DNA of 64,000 bases from Candidatus Magasanikbacteria bacterium CG11_big_fil_rev_8_21_14_0_20_39_34 (GCA_002787355.1 PCWN01000007.1:86517-150516), one strand, 5' to 3'; counted from the first letter of the stretch, positions 44,697 to 54,696 are shown. Program-made: numbers and translations. Notes: generated from the letters alone by a model not told the origin.

Positions 44697-44956
44697 GATA
44701 AATTCATTGTCATTGCGAGCTGAGTATACAGCGTGGCAATCCACCCACCTGAATATACGCCAATTATGGAATTTCCTCTTCCTAACAAGGAGATTGCCGC
44801 GTCGTCGTGGCGGACTCCTTGTAATGACAAAGTGAAGGATATTCAAAAGTATTATACAACTGGATTACCTGTATATATAGATAATTTTTTGTTTGCAAAA
44901 AAAAGGAAAAGAAGATAGAATAAGGGAAAAAGCTAAGATATATATTTTGTGGGTTT

Positions 44957-45817
44957 ATGAAAAAAATTCTTATTTTAGGTGCAAAGGGGACACTTGGGGG
45001 AGCTCTAGTAGAGGAGTTTTCAGGGGATGCTACCGTCATTGCCTGGGACAAGGAAGATTTGGATCTGGCTCATATGGGTGATGCAAAAGAAAAGATTCAG
45101 GGGGTTCAACCAGATATTATCATCAATGCCGTTGCAATAAATGCCGTGGATGCCATAGAGGAAGATGAGGAAGTTTACGAAGTTGCCAAACAAGTGAATG
45201 GTCATGCCCCGGGGGAATTGGCAAAGATTGCAAAAGAACTTTCTATTCCATTTGTCCACTATTCAACGGATTATGTTTTTGATGGAGAAAATACATCTGG
45301 ATATCAGGAAGACGATATTCCGCATCCACTCAGTCGTTATGGGTATATTAAAAGACTTGGCGAACAAGAAGTAGAAAATGCCGGTGGAGAGTATTTTATT
45401 ATTCGTTTATCCAGATTATTTGGGAAACCAGGTATAAGTGAACATTCCAAGCGAAGTTTTGTTGATACCATGATTTTTTTGGCAACAGAAGGTGGAAAAA
45501 CTGAACTCAATGTGGTGGAGGATCAGTTTGGATCACCAACCTACGCACCGGATCTTGCAAAATTTACGCGACATCTTTTGGAAAGTGGAAAAGAACCAGG
45601 GATATATCATGGCGCAAATGATGGATCATGCAGTTGGTATCAATGGTGTAAAAAAGTTTTTGAGATAAAGGGGATTACTATCCCAGTTCATAAAGTACCC
45701 CATACAGATTTTCCACGTCCGGCACCGGTACCACAATGTTCAACACTCAAAAATACAAAGTTTCAAAAACAAAGGACTTGGCAAGAAGCATTAGAAGCAT
45801 ATTTGGCAGGTAAATAA
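44957..45817 (+). CDS. rfbD: dTDP-4-dehydrorhamnose reductase
   Basis: MKKILILGAKGTLGGALV Rossmann N-terminus, the YSTDYVFDG block and the overall RmlD pattern. Confidence 0.8.
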   Translation: MKKILILGAKGTLGGALVEEFSGDATVIAWDKEDLDLAHMGDAKEKIQGVQPDIIINAVAINAVDAIEEDEEVYEVAKQVNGHAPGELAKIAKELSIPFVHYSTDYVFDGENTSGYQEDDIPHPLSRYGYIKRLGEQEVENAGGEYFIIRLSRLFGKPGISEHSKRSFVDTMIFLATEGGKTELNVVEDQFGSPTYAPDLAKFTRHLLESGKEPGIYHGANDGSCSWYQWCKKVFEIKGITIPVHKVPHTDFPRPAPVPQCSTLKNTKFQKQRTWQEALEAYLAGK

Positions 45818-45822
45818 AATAT

Positions 45823-46695
45823 ATGAAAATGGATTTGAGTATTATCACTGTCTGCACCAATGATAAAGAACGTATTTTGGAAGTACTCCAGTCTGTTTTT
45901 GATGGTACAAAAGGTATCTCTTTTGAATACATTGTTTCAGATAATGGATCAACGGATGGCTCTGTAGAAACTATACGAAAAGAGTTCCCACAAGTAAAGA
46001 TTGTAGAAAATGGAAAAAATGTGGGTTTTGGTGCTGCAAATAATGCTGCGCTCCAGCTGGCAACAGGGGAATATATTCTTCTTCTAAATCCTGATATGAG
46101 GATTCATCCAGGAAGTTTGGAAAAAATTCTTGAATGGGCAAGAAATCACGATAACGTTGGGATTGTGAGTCCAAAACTGGTAGATCAAAACGGAAAATTT
46201 CAACAAAATGCAAAGCCCAGACGTTTCCCCGAATTTTGGGATCAAGCCGCAATTTTGCTAAAATTACCACATATTTTCCCAAAAATATTGGATAGATATA
46301 TGTATATGGGGTTTGATCCAGAAAAAGAACAGAAAGTGGACTCCGTGCGTGGTTCGTTTATGTTGATTCGTAAGGATATTCTTGATACACTAGGATGGGC
46401 TTTTGATCCAAGGTATTTTATTTGGTTTGAAGATGTGGATACCTGCCGTGAGGTGCAGAGGTTAGGATATGCTGTCATGTATTCTCCAGTGATTGAATGT
46501 GTGGATTATGTAGGTCAAACATTCAAACGCCTTCCAACCCTTCAGAAGCAAAAGTGGTTTACGACATCTATGGTTCAATACTTTAAAAAGTGGGAACCGT
46601 GGTATAAGTGGATGCCACTTGTGTTTCTCAAATACATTGGTATATTTCTTGCCTGGATTTACGATACTTTTTTTCTTAAAAAAATAAAAAAATAA
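45823..46695 (+). CDS. family-2 glycosyltransferase
   Basis: SIITVCTND, DNGSTDGS and LLNPDMRI: GT-A DxD-type motifs. Confidence 0.7.
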   Translation: MKMDLSIITVCTNDKERILEVLQSVFDGTKGISFEYIVSDNGSTDGSVETIRKEFPQVKIVENGKNVGFGAANNAALQLATGEYILLLNPDMRIHPGSLEKILEWARNHDNVGIVSPKLVDQNGKFQQNAKPRRFPEFWDQAAILLKLPHIFPKILDRYMYMGFDPEKEQKVDSVRGSFMLIRKDILDTLGWAFDPRYFIWFEDVDTCREVQRLGYAVMYSPVIECVDYVGQTFKRLPTLQKQKWFTTSMVQYFKKWEPWYKWMPLVFLKYIGIFLAWIYDTFFLKKIKK

Positions 46696-46715
46696 TTTTT
46701 TCTCATTGCTTTGAT

Positions 46716-47810
46716 ATGCCAAAACTTTCCATAAACATGGTGGTATTTCATGAAAAGGAAATGAAATATATTGCCTATCTTTTTGATTCTCTAAAAAAGC
46801 AAACTTTTCAAGATTTTGAAATGCTTCTTGTAGATAACAGCGACGCAGGAAGTAGTATTATAAAAATGGTAGAAGAAAAGGCAAAAGAATTGGGAAATCC
46901 ATACAAGATAATCAAAAGCAATGGAAATGTAGGATTTGCAGCAGGACACAACAGCGGGTATAAAGAAGCAAAAACTCCTTTTGTACTCCTTTTGAACCCA
47001 GACATGTACTTGCTTCCGGATGTTCTCTCACGAATGGTAGATGTTTTGGAAAGTAACAGTAAGGCGGCTTCAGTTTCTACAAGACTCATGCGTTGGGATT
47101 TTGAAAAAGTAGAAAAAAGTAGTAAGGACAGTGTAGAAGAACAGGCACGGGAAGGGTTTACCAATCAAGTGGATGCAATAGGTATTCGTTTACTGAGAAA
47201 TCGTCGTGCGGTAGAATGGTTTGCACAAGAATTGTGGGATAAAGGAGAAGAAACGCCTCCTATGTTAGGCAATATTTTAGATAAACAAATTTTAGAAGTT
47301 TTCGGAGTTTCTGGTGCTTTGGCTATGTACAGAAAGGAAGTTGCAGATACAATACTTCTTCCGGGTGATAATCTGTTTGATCCTACGTATCACAGTTATA
47401 AAGAAGATTTAGATTTAGCATATAGACTTCGTAATGCTGGGTATACATCATATGTTGTCCTTGATTCCATTGCTTACCACGATAGAACGGCAGCAGCACC
47501 AAAAGGTTTATCCGATTTGAAGGCGGCAATGAATAAGGGAAAACAATCCGAATATGTAAAATTTCATTCCTACAAAAATCACCTTCGTACACTGTATAAA
47601 AATGAATATTGGCAAAATTTTTTTTGGGATTTTCCTTGGATTGTTTGGTTTGAACTAAAAAAATTTGCGTATATGTTGTTCATTCACCCCGTCATTTTGT
47701 GGAAAAGTGTACGAGAAATTGTAAAAGACTGGAAGTATACAAGATCTGCGCGTCGGCAAATTGTAGAAGATAGGAAACTTTATTGGAAAGGACTAAGAAG
47801 ATGGTTTTAA
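46716..47810 (+). CDS. family-2 glycosyltransferase
   Basis: LLVDNSDAGS, LLLNPDMYL GT2 blocks. Confidence 0.65.
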   Translation: MPKLSINMVVFHEKEMKYIAYLFDSLKKQTFQDFEMLLVDNSDAGSSIIKMVEEKAKELGNPYKIIKSNGNVGFAAGHNSGYKEAKTPFVLLLNPDMYLLPDVLSRMVDVLESNSKAASVSTRLMRWDFEKVEKSSKDSVEEQAREGFTNQVDAIGIRLLRNRRAVEWFAQELWDKGEETPPMLGNILDKQILEVFGVSGALAMYRKEVADTILLPGDNLFDPTYHSYKEDLDLAYRLRNAGYTSYVVLDSIAYHDRTAAAPKGLSDLKAAMNKGKQSEYVKFHSYKNHLRTLYKNEYWQNFFWDFPWIVWFELKKFAYMLFIHPVILWKSVREIVKDWKYTRSARRQIVEDRKLYWKGLRRWF

Positions 47811-47814
47811 TCCT

Positions 47815-48666
47815 ATGCAGTTTGATATTGTAGTTACAATGGTAAATACCAATGAGAAGGAACTTATAAAGGGATGCCTTACTTCTTTGTGGGTGGATAC
47901 CAAGGATGACAACCTTAAAGTTGCTATTGTAATTGTAGATAATAACTCTACAGAAGATATAGAACCCATGCTCAACGAGCAGTTCAAAGACAGCTTTGCT
48001 TTTGTGCGTTTGATTCGTCAGGAAAAAAATGAAGGATTTGGAAAATCTCATAACAAGGCTATGAGTGCTGTAGAGGGAAAATATTATTTTATTCTCAATC
48101 CAGATACGCATTTTAAAGCAGGACAGCATATGCTCAAAAAGATGTATGCGTTTATGGAGGAGAATGAGAATATTGGTATGATTGGGCCAAGAATTATATA
48201 TCCGGATGGAAATATACAGTATTCTTGTTATCGGTTTCCAACATTTTTGCAACCACTCTATAGCAGAACAAAGCTTGGAAGATCCGGGAATGGGAAAAAA
48301 ATTGCGGATCATTTTTTGATGAAAGATTTTGAACACAATGCCACTATCCCGGTTGATTGGATCATGGGATCTGCCATGTTTACACGAAAAAAAGTAATAG
48401 ATGAAGTTGGGGGATTTGATGATAGGTTTTGGATGTATGCAGAAGACAGTGACTGGTGCAGAAGGCTCTGGGAGCATAATTGGCCGGTATATTATTTTCA
48501 TGAAGTAACAATAGAACATATCCATAGACGTGCCTCTGCAGATGTTCCGGGTGTTATAAAAGCAATGTTAAAAAATAAATTTGCAAGACAACACTTAAGA
48601 AGTTGGATAAAATATTTTTGGAAATGGCGTGGTAATCATAAGTACTACCAATCAAAGCTCAAATAG
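47815..48666 (+). CDS. family-2 glycosyltransferase
   Basis: IVIVDNNSTED, ILNPDTHF, YAEDSDWCRR GT2 blocks. Confidence 0.7.
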   Translation: MQFDIVVTMVNTNEKELIKGCLTSLWVDTKDDNLKVAIVIVDNNSTEDIEPMLNEQFKDSFAFVRLIRQEKNEGFGKSHNKAMSAVEGKYYFILNPDTHFKAGQHMLKKMYAFMEENENIGMIGPRIIYPDGNIQYSCYRFPTFLQPLYSRTKLGRSGNGKKIADHFLMKDFEHNATIPVDWIMGSAMFTRKKVIDEVGGFDDRFWMYAEDSDWCRRLWEHNWPVYYFHEVTIEHIHRRASADVPGVIKAMLKNKFARQHLRSWIKYFWKWRGNHKYYQSKLK

Positions 48667-48690
48667 CAAATTTCATTTTAGTTCTTCACT

Positions 48691-49818
48691 ATGATAGAGA
48701 CAGTACACAACAATTCAATTCTCCCAAAGGTGGTTATCATGTATTTGGTATGGGACCAGGAGCCATTTCTTTATATGGATGATGTTATAATGGGGGTAGA
48801 AGCACAAACGTATGATAAAGACGCTTTAGAGTTTCTTATTGTTTATAATCACTTTAAAGAGGGAAATACATCTGCGTGCAGTCACATTCGTGAACAGATA
48901 GAAAAACATAAAGAGCGTCTTCCTCATGTAACTATTCTAGAACAGACGGAAAACCTTGGTTTTTCAGGAGGAAATAACCTTGGTATGCAATGGGCAATGG
49001 ATCATGGGTATCAGTATGTTTTTTTGCATAATGCGGATGCATATATGGGAGCCAGCTGTATCCAGGAGTTAGTAACAGCAATGGAGAATGACAAAATGAT
49101 TGGGGCTGCGCAGTCATTGGTTATGCTACATCCAGAAACCAATAAAATTAATACCTCTGGGAATGTGCTTCACTACCTTATGATAGGTTACTGTGATGAT
49201 TATAAAAAAACAAAAGAAGAAGTACATCTTCCAAAAATAAAAAAAGTTGGATATATCAGTGGAGCTGCGGTGATGATGAGAACGGATCTCCTAAAACAGT
49301 ATGGTTTTTGGGATGATGACTACTTTATGTACCATGAAGATACGGATTATTCTCTTCGATTACAGATGCAAGGGTATAAGACGGTAATGATACGCGATTC
49401 AGAATTTTTTCATAAGTATCAATTCAAAAAAAGTATCGAAAAGTATTTTTGGATAGAGAGAAATAGATATGTGCTCATTTTACTCTTTTATAAGTGGCCT
49501 ACTATTATATTTCTTCTTCCCATGCTTTTTGTATTTGAGGTTGGGCTTATCATCTTTTCATTGCGAGGAGGTTGGTTTGATAAGCGTGTGGAGGTATATC
49601 AGTACTTTCTAAAAAAAGAGAATTGGAATATTTGGCTTAAAAAAAGAACTGAAATCCAAAAAAACAGAAAAATAAGTGATAGAAGTTTACTGAAAAATGC
49701 AGGTACGGGAGTCTACTTTCAAGAAGATGAAATGCGTAACCCACTTCTTCTATATGTGGGAAATCCCTTAATGTGGGCCTATTATGTAGTAGTTGTCAAA
49801 CTCTTTATCTGGTGGTAG
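48691..49818 (+). CDS. family-2 glycosyltransferase with C-terminal TM segments
   Basis: NLGFSGGNNLG, LHNADAY, YHEDTDYSLR GT2 blocks; hydrophobic C-terminal third. Confidence 0.65.
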   Translation: MIETVHNNSILPKVVIMYLVWDQEPFLYMDDVIMGVEAQTYDKDALEFLIVYNHFKEGNTSACSHIREQIEKHKERLPHVTILEQTENLGFSGGNNLGMQWAMDHGYQYVFLHNADAYMGASCIQELVTAMENDKMIGAAQSLVMLHPETNKINTSGNVLHYLMIGYCDDYKKTKEEVHLPKIKKVGYISGAAVMMRTDLLKQYGFWDDDYFMYHEDTDYSLRLQMQGYKTVMIRDSEFFHKYQFKKSIEKYFWIERNRYVLILLFYKWPTIIFLLPMLFVFEVGLIIFSLRGGWFDKRVEVYQYFLKKENWNIWLKKRTEIQKNRKISDRSLLKNAGTGVYFQEDEMRNPLLLYVGNPLMWAYYVVVVKLFIWW

Positions 49819-49825
49819 TAAAAAT

Positions 49826-49866
49826 AAAAAAGACATCTCTAAAAGGGATGTCTTTTTCGTTTTTAA
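49826..49866. terminator. bidirectional terminator between convergent GT2 and PEGA-domain genes
   Basis: AGACATC-TCTAAAAGG-GATGTCT flanked by an A-run and a T-run. Confidence 0.6.
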
Positions 49867-51185
49867 AAAGAAAGTTTGTAGATATCGCCAGAATAAGAAA
49901 ATAAAATCAAATGATTTTTTTCATCAAGTGCTACTTTTTCCATATTGTCATTGGAGAGAAGCTCCTGTTGTGTGTTGTAACCGGGATTGAAGGCAATGAG
50001 CGAGTGGCGATTTTTAATGAGAAAAGAATTGCTTTCCTGGAGGAGAAATACATCATCTATGCTTTCTCCACTACGATTGAGAAGATCTATTTTTCCCGCC
50101 TCATCGATAGAGTATATTTCCCAAGCAGACCAGAAAACATATCGTGATTGTGCTGCCGAATAGAAATAACGAGTAAAGTCAAAACTTTTGTTGAGGGCAT
50201 AAGCAGAATTTTTTTGAGAAAATACCAGAGCTTTTCCACGATATGTTCCTAGAAGAAAATTTTCATTTGCATCTATTATTTTATCTATATTCTGTGGAAG
50301 GTGGAATGAGGTAGTTTGTTTGAAAGTATCAATGAGTAAGATTGTTTCGTTGGAAGAGGCAGATTGCGTCCAGAGTCTTTGGTTTGAATCTACGTACCAA
50401 ATTGGAGAATTGGTATGTGCTATAAGCAAATGGGGGGACTTCCCAAAGTCTATGGCATTGATATTTGTGCCCTCCTGAACATAAATACGATTCAAATTTT
50501 TCTTATCCCATTGAAAACTTAAAGTTGGAGAAACTACTTCTGTTTTAAAGGTGACTCGATTGGTAGGATTGTAAAAAACAAGATCCTGGGCATCGCCGTT
50601 TTGTGAAACTACTAAAAGCAGGTTTGTGTGTGGTGACCAAAAAATTTGTGGTGAAATGGAACTCGTAGTATGAAATATATTTGTTTCAGTATTATCCAAA
50701 AGATTTTTCAAAGAAATAGATTGCCCTTCAGAATCGTTTTGGAGCATGGCAACAAAATGACCATCTGAAGAAAAGGATATGTTTGTTCCGGTTGAAGAAG
50801 AAAGAATCTTTTCGGGAGTTGCTTCCTTGTATAAAGAAATGTCTTTTATATATGTAGTTTTTTTGGTTTCAACACTAATATCTTGTACCCAGTCGTGATA
50901 ACCCTCTTTTTGTATACGGAGATGATAAACTCCAGGAAGATAATTTGCCAGTCGTATAGGAAGTTTTGCATTAATAAAAATATTATTGAGGTATACCTTC
51001 GCATCATTTGGTGTAACATCTATACTTATGACTCCGGTCTGTTCTATATGGAAAGTTGAGAAGTTAAAAGTATATCCAGCGGTATAGAGGATTATAAGTG
51101 GTGAAAGAATAAAAAAGCTCAGAAAAAGGCAGAGCATGATAGCGATTCGGATGGGTCGTGTCAGAAAAACTCCCGGATAATGCAT
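49863..51185 (-). CDS. PEGA-domain secreted protein with beta-propeller-like C-terminal region
   Basis: N-terminal TM anchor, the PEGA-like motif AKVYLNNIFINAKLPIRLANYLPGVYHLRIQKEGYHDW, and a long repetitive beta-rich region. Confidence 0.45.
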   Translation of the reverse strand: MHYPGVFLTRPIRIAIMLCLFLSFFILSPLIILYTAGYTFNFSTFHIEQTGVISIDVTPNDAKVYLNNIFINAKLPIRLANYLPGVYHLRIQKEGYHDWVQDISVETKKTTYIKDISLYKEATPEKILSSSTGTNISFSSDGHFVAMLQNDSEGQSISLKNLLDNTETNIFHTTSSISPQIFWSPHTNLLLVVSQNGDAQDLVFYNPTNRVTFKTEVVSPTLSFQWDKKNLNRIYVQEGTNINAIDFGKSPHLLIAHTNSPIWYVDSNQRLWTQSASSNETILLIDTFKQTTSFHLPQNIDKIIDANENFLLGTYRGKALVFSQKNSAYALNKSFDFTRYFYSAAQSRYVFWSAWEIYSIDEAGKIDLLNRSGESIDDVFLLQESNSFLIKNRHSLIAFNPGYNTQQELLSNDNMEKVALDEKNHLILFSYSGDIYKLSF

Positions 51186-51247
51186 AAATTTGAATAAAAG
51201 GGGTAAATACGCTACAATAGTATCACATTTATACCAAAAATCAATTT

Positions 51248-52546
51248 ATGTCATCATATATCATCCAGGGGGGAAAGCCTCTAAAGGGTACAATTACTGT
51301 AAATACAGCCAAAAATTCTGCTGTTGCGCTTTTGTGTGCGGCAACTATGGTCCAAGGTGTGGTGGTTCTCAGAGATATGCCACGAATTCAAGAGGTTGAG
51401 CGAATCTTAGAACTCCTTGCAAGCATTGGAGTGAAATTTTCATGGAAAGATAAAAAAACTTTGCAACTTAATTGCTCAGGGAAATTGCATATGGAAACTA
51501 TTGATAAACGGGCATGTCGCAATACCCGTGCATCTCTACTGCTTTTGGGGGCATTATCAGCACGTGTAAAAGAGTTTAAGCTATACAAGTCTGGTGGTTG
51601 TAAACTTGGAAAAAGAACGGTGAAGCCACACCTGTTTGCGTTGGAAAAATTTGGTGTTGAGGTAGCCTCAAAACCAGGCTACTACGAAGTAAAAAACAAA
51701 AGACAGCGTGCTGGTACTGTGATCATGTATGAAGCGGGAGATACGCCAACAGAAAATGCGATTATGGCTGCGGTTCTCACACCTGGGAGAACAACTATTA
51801 AATTTGCATCTGCAAATTATATGGTTCAGGATCTTTGTCATTTTCTCATTTCTGCAGGAGCAAAAATTTCGGGTATTGGAACAACAACACTTCAAATTGA
51901 TGGTGTAAAAAAATTGAAAAAAACAGAATATAATATCATGCCTGATCCTATTGAAGCGTTTGCTTTTGTTGCGTTGGGAGTGACAACAAATTCTGAGATT
52001 ACCATAAAAAATTGTCCGCTTGATTTTTTAGAGTTGGAGTTGGAAAAGATAAAAATAATGGGGCAGAAATTTCATTTATCAAAAGAAAGAAAATCAAAAA
52101 ACGGAAATTTTAGAATTGCTGATATAACTTTGAAGAAAAGTCAGTTAGTGGCACTTCCAGATAAAATATCTTGTCAGCCATTTCCAGGTCTTAATATAGA
52201 TAACCTTCCTTTTTTTATTCCTATCCTCACTCAAGCAAAAGGGAGAACTTTGGTTCATGATTGGGTTTATGAAAATCGTGCCATCTATGGTTTAGAATTA
52301 CAAAAACTTGGTGCAGAAATTTATCTGATAGATCCACATAGACTTTTTGTAGAGGGGAAGTCAAAAATGATGGGAGCGGAATTGATGTGTCCTCCGGCTA
52401 TTCGTCCGGCGGTTGCGGTGCTTATTGCTATGATTGCTGCAAAAGGGAAATCTCTTTTGCGCAATTGTTATCCCATTGAGCGCGGTTATGAAAATATTGT
52501 TTCTCGTCTTCACGATATAGGTGTAGATATAGAACAGGTAAACTAA
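51248..52546 (+). CDS. murA: UDP-N-acetylglucosamine 1-carboxyvinyltransferase
   Basis: Start IQGGKPLKGTITVNTAKNSAVALL, full EPSP-synthase-like MurA fold, C-terminal IERGYENIVSRL. Confidence 0.9.
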   Translation: MSSYIIQGGKPLKGTITVNTAKNSAVALLCAATMVQGVVVLRDMPRIQEVERILELLASIGVKFSWKDKKTLQLNCSGKLHMETIDKRACRNTRASLLLLGALSARVKEFKLYKSGGCKLGKRTVKPHLFALEKFGVEVASKPGYYEVKNKRQRAGTVIMYEAGDTPTENAIMAAVLTPGRTTIKFASANYMVQDLCHFLISAGAKISGIGTTTLQIDGVKKLKKTEYNIMPDPIEAFAFVALGVTTNSEITIKNCPLDFLELELEKIKIMGQKFHLSKERKSKNGNFRIADITLKKSQLVALPDKISCQPFPGLNIDNLPFFIPILTQAKGRTLVHDWVYENRAIYGLELQKLGAEIYLIDPHRLFVEGKSKMMGAELMCPPAIRPAVAVLIAMIAAKGKSLLRNCYPIERGYENIVSRLHDIGVDIEQVN

Positions 52547-52551
52547 GAGTT

Positions 52552-53817
52552 ATGTTCAAAAACAAACACATTCAAAGAAGGTTTCTTTTCGGTCTGCTTT
52601 TTTTGGTCATCTTTTTTCTTGGGTTTTTTTCTGGTACTACGTTCAGTATAAAAAAATCTGTTTTAAATGAAGATGGAGAAGTGGAAATTACAAAAGTAAT
52701 GGATCTCTATAGTAAGACACGGTCAGATAAAGTAAGTTTTGATCAATTTTGGAAACTTTGGGATGAAATTCATGAAAAGTATGTTATTCAACCGGTGGAT
52801 GATGTAAAACTTTTTTATGGGGCGATGCAGGGGCTTGTAGCGGGTATTGGGGATCAACATTCTGTATTTTTTCCACCAGAACAAGCAAAACAGTTTGCAG
52901 AGGATCTTTCAGGAAAGTTCAGTGGCATTGGCGCAGAGATTGGTGAAAAGGAGGACAGACTCGTAGTAATTGCACCACTTGCGGGGTCACCTTCTGAAAA
53001 AGCGGGAATTCGTACGGGCGATACTATCCTTACCATAGATGGAAAGGAAACATATGGATTGACTGTGGGCGAGGCAGTAGAAAAAATTCGAGGAGAAAAA
53101 GGAACGAAGGTCGTTTTGGGGGTATCAAGAAATGATGGAGCGGTTACGAAAGATATTACAGTAATTCGTGCGGATATTGATGTGCCTACCGTTACATTGG
53201 ATTTTCTGGACGGGAATATAGCGCTTTTGAAAATTGCCTATTTTAATGGGAATACAGTAAAACAGTTTAATGAAAAGGTTTTAGAAATTGAAAAGAAAAA
53301 TCCTCAGGGGATTGTACTTGATATGAGAAGTAACCCGGGTGGATATCTTGATGCTGCCATTGTTGTTGCCAGTGAATGGATCCCCGATGGAGAAGTACTT
53401 AAAGAAAAATTTAAAGATGGAGAAGCAAAAGTGTATAGAAGTAGTGGGAGTCATAAACTCACTGGTATTCCAACCGTAATTTTGGTAGACGAAGGCACAG
53501 CCTCTGGATCAGAAATTGTAGCAGGAGCGTTACAAGATTATCAAATTGCAAAACTAGTAGGAAAAAAGACATATGGAAAGGGATCAGTGCAAGATTTTGA
53601 AATTTTAGATGATGGATCAGCAGTAAAACTTACTGTTGCGCTTTGGTATACACCGGCAGATCGTGCTATCAATGGGGAAGGTTTAAAACCAGATGTTGAA
53701 GTAGAAAAGATGTTTGTAGAAAAACCTGGGGTGGAAGAAGGAAAAGGGGAGACCCGGGATGATTTTGTTGATATGGGATTGAAAAAGGGACTCGAAGTTC
53801 TCAAAGAAAAATTATGA
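52552..53817 (+). CDS. S41 family C-terminal processing peptidase with PDZ domain
   Basis: PDZ (GIRTGDTILTIDGK), S41 catalytic region VLDMRSNPGGYL ... GTASGSEIVAGAL, catalytic Lys in the YGKGSVQ context. Confidence 0.8.
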   Translation: MFKNKHIQRRFLFGLLFLVIFFLGFFSGTTFSIKKSVLNEDGEVEITKVMDLYSKTRSDKVSFDQFWKLWDEIHEKYVIQPVDDVKLFYGAMQGLVAGIGDQHSVFFPPEQAKQFAEDLSGKFSGIGAEIGEKEDRLVVIAPLAGSPSEKAGIRTGDTILTIDGKETYGLTVGEAVEKIRGEKGTKVVLGVSRNDGAVTKDITVIRADIDVPTVTLDFLDGNIALLKIAYFNGNTVKQFNEKVLEIEKKNPQGIVLDMRSNPGGYLDAAIVVASEWIPDGEVLKEKFKDGEAKVYRSSGSHKLTGIPTVILVDEGTASGSEIVAGALQDYQIAKLVGKKTYGKGSVQDFEILDDGSAVKLTVALWYTPADRAINGEGLKPDVEVEKMFVEKPGVEEGKGETRDDFVDMGLKKGLEVLKEKL

Positions 53818-54176
53818 AATTAACCTCAGAGGTGATTCACGGAGATAAGATTGGGAGGACCGTTGGCTACCCTACAGCAAATATAGATATAGATTTTTTT
53901 GAATGCACATTGGTCTCTGGAGTGTATGTTTCTCACATTCTTTTGAAAGGGGGACAATATAACGGTTTACTCGTAGTACAAAAGGAGATGCAAAAAGCTG
54001 AAGTACATCTTCTTGATTACCTTGGTGAAGATTTTTATTCACAAGTAATTGAGATTGATGTCTTTGACAAAATAAGCGAAATAGAACGGTTTACAGATGT
54101 ACCTTCTTTAAAGAAAAAAATTCAACATGATATAGATAAGGCAAGAAAATGGTTGGAGAAAAATAGTTCAGAATAA
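53814..54176 (+). CDS. riboflavin kinase domain protein (RibF C-terminal domain-like)
   Basis: GRTVGYPTANI flavokinase motif; 120 aa, stand-alone kinase domain. Confidence 0.65.
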   Translation: MKLTSEVIHGDKIGRTVGYPTANIDIDFFECTLVSGVYVSHILLKGGQYNGLLVVQKEMQKAEVHLLDYLGEDFYSQVIEIDVFDKISEIERFTDVPSLKKKIQHDIDKARKWLEKNSSE

Positions 54177-54210
54177 AAAAAACCCGGTAGAAACCGGGTT
54201 TTTTTTTATT
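54172..54210. terminator. bidirectional rho-independent terminator (ribF-like / rpmA convergent)
   Basis: AACCCGGT-AGA-AACCGGGTT flanked by A8 and T9. Confidence 0.7.
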
Positions 54211-54484
54211 CTGGTAAAACGTGAACGTAAGTAGATGTCTTTAAGGTTCTGTCAAAGCGTACTCGCTTTTTCTTTTGAAACTTTACAACACCTTTTGTCA
54301 TTGCATATAAGGTGTCATCCTTACCGCGTTTTACATTTTTTCCTGGGTGAATCTTTGTTCCTCGCTGGCGAACGATGATCATTCCCGTTTTCACGGTTTG
54401 TCCATCAGCAACTTTTGTACCAAGGTACTGTGGATTTGAATCTCGTCCCAGCCGGGTAGAACCACCCGCCTTTTTATGTGCCAT
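54206..54484 (-). CDS. rpmA: 50S ribosomal protein L27
   Basis: [24 protein letters not shown]...[13 protein letters not shown] is the L27 signature. Confidence 0.95.
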   Translation of the reverse strand: MAHKKAGGSTRLGRDSNPQYLGTKVADGQTVKTGMIIVRQRGTKIHPGKNVKRGKDDTLYAMTKGVVKFQKKKRVRFDRTLKTSTYVHVLPE

Positions 54485-54602
54485 AGGGAGTTTATTGTAA
54501 AATATAGATTCTTTCCAGTGGTCCTTTGTCTACCAACTTGGGACGCGAATGATACGAGGGATATAGCCCATATCAGCTGAGAAATTGCAGGTATTATAGT
54601 AT

Positions 54603-54631
54603 ATATAGGTTTTTTTGTCAAGAAAACCTGG
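54603..54631 (-). promoter_or_regulatory. consensus sigma70 promoter TTGACA-17-TATAAT for rpmA
   Basis: Minus strand TTGACAAAAAAACCTATATATACTATAAT; leader about 110 nt. Confidence 0.6.
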
Positions 54632-54667
54632 CATAGGAGGGAAAATGTATATATATCTTGATATTTC

Positions 54668-54696
54668 GCTTTTTTTAGCATATACTAAGAAGGAAT
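54668..54696 (+). promoter_or_regulatory. divergent sigma70-like promoter TTGATA-17-TATACT toward the membrane protein/ftsW
   Basis: TTGATA at 54668-54673, 17-nt spacer, TATACT at 54691-54696. Confidence 0.45.

Noticed and set aside
43540-44723. ORFs 43540..44199(-), 43683..44006(-), 43949..44368(+), 44223..44723(+), 44049..44261(-) within the second GC-rich block
   Set aside because: Same reasoning: only the plus-strand frame starting at 43873 has consistent GC3 bias, a promoter and a terminator. The others are Arg/Pro/Ala-rich translations typical of off-frame high-GC sequence.
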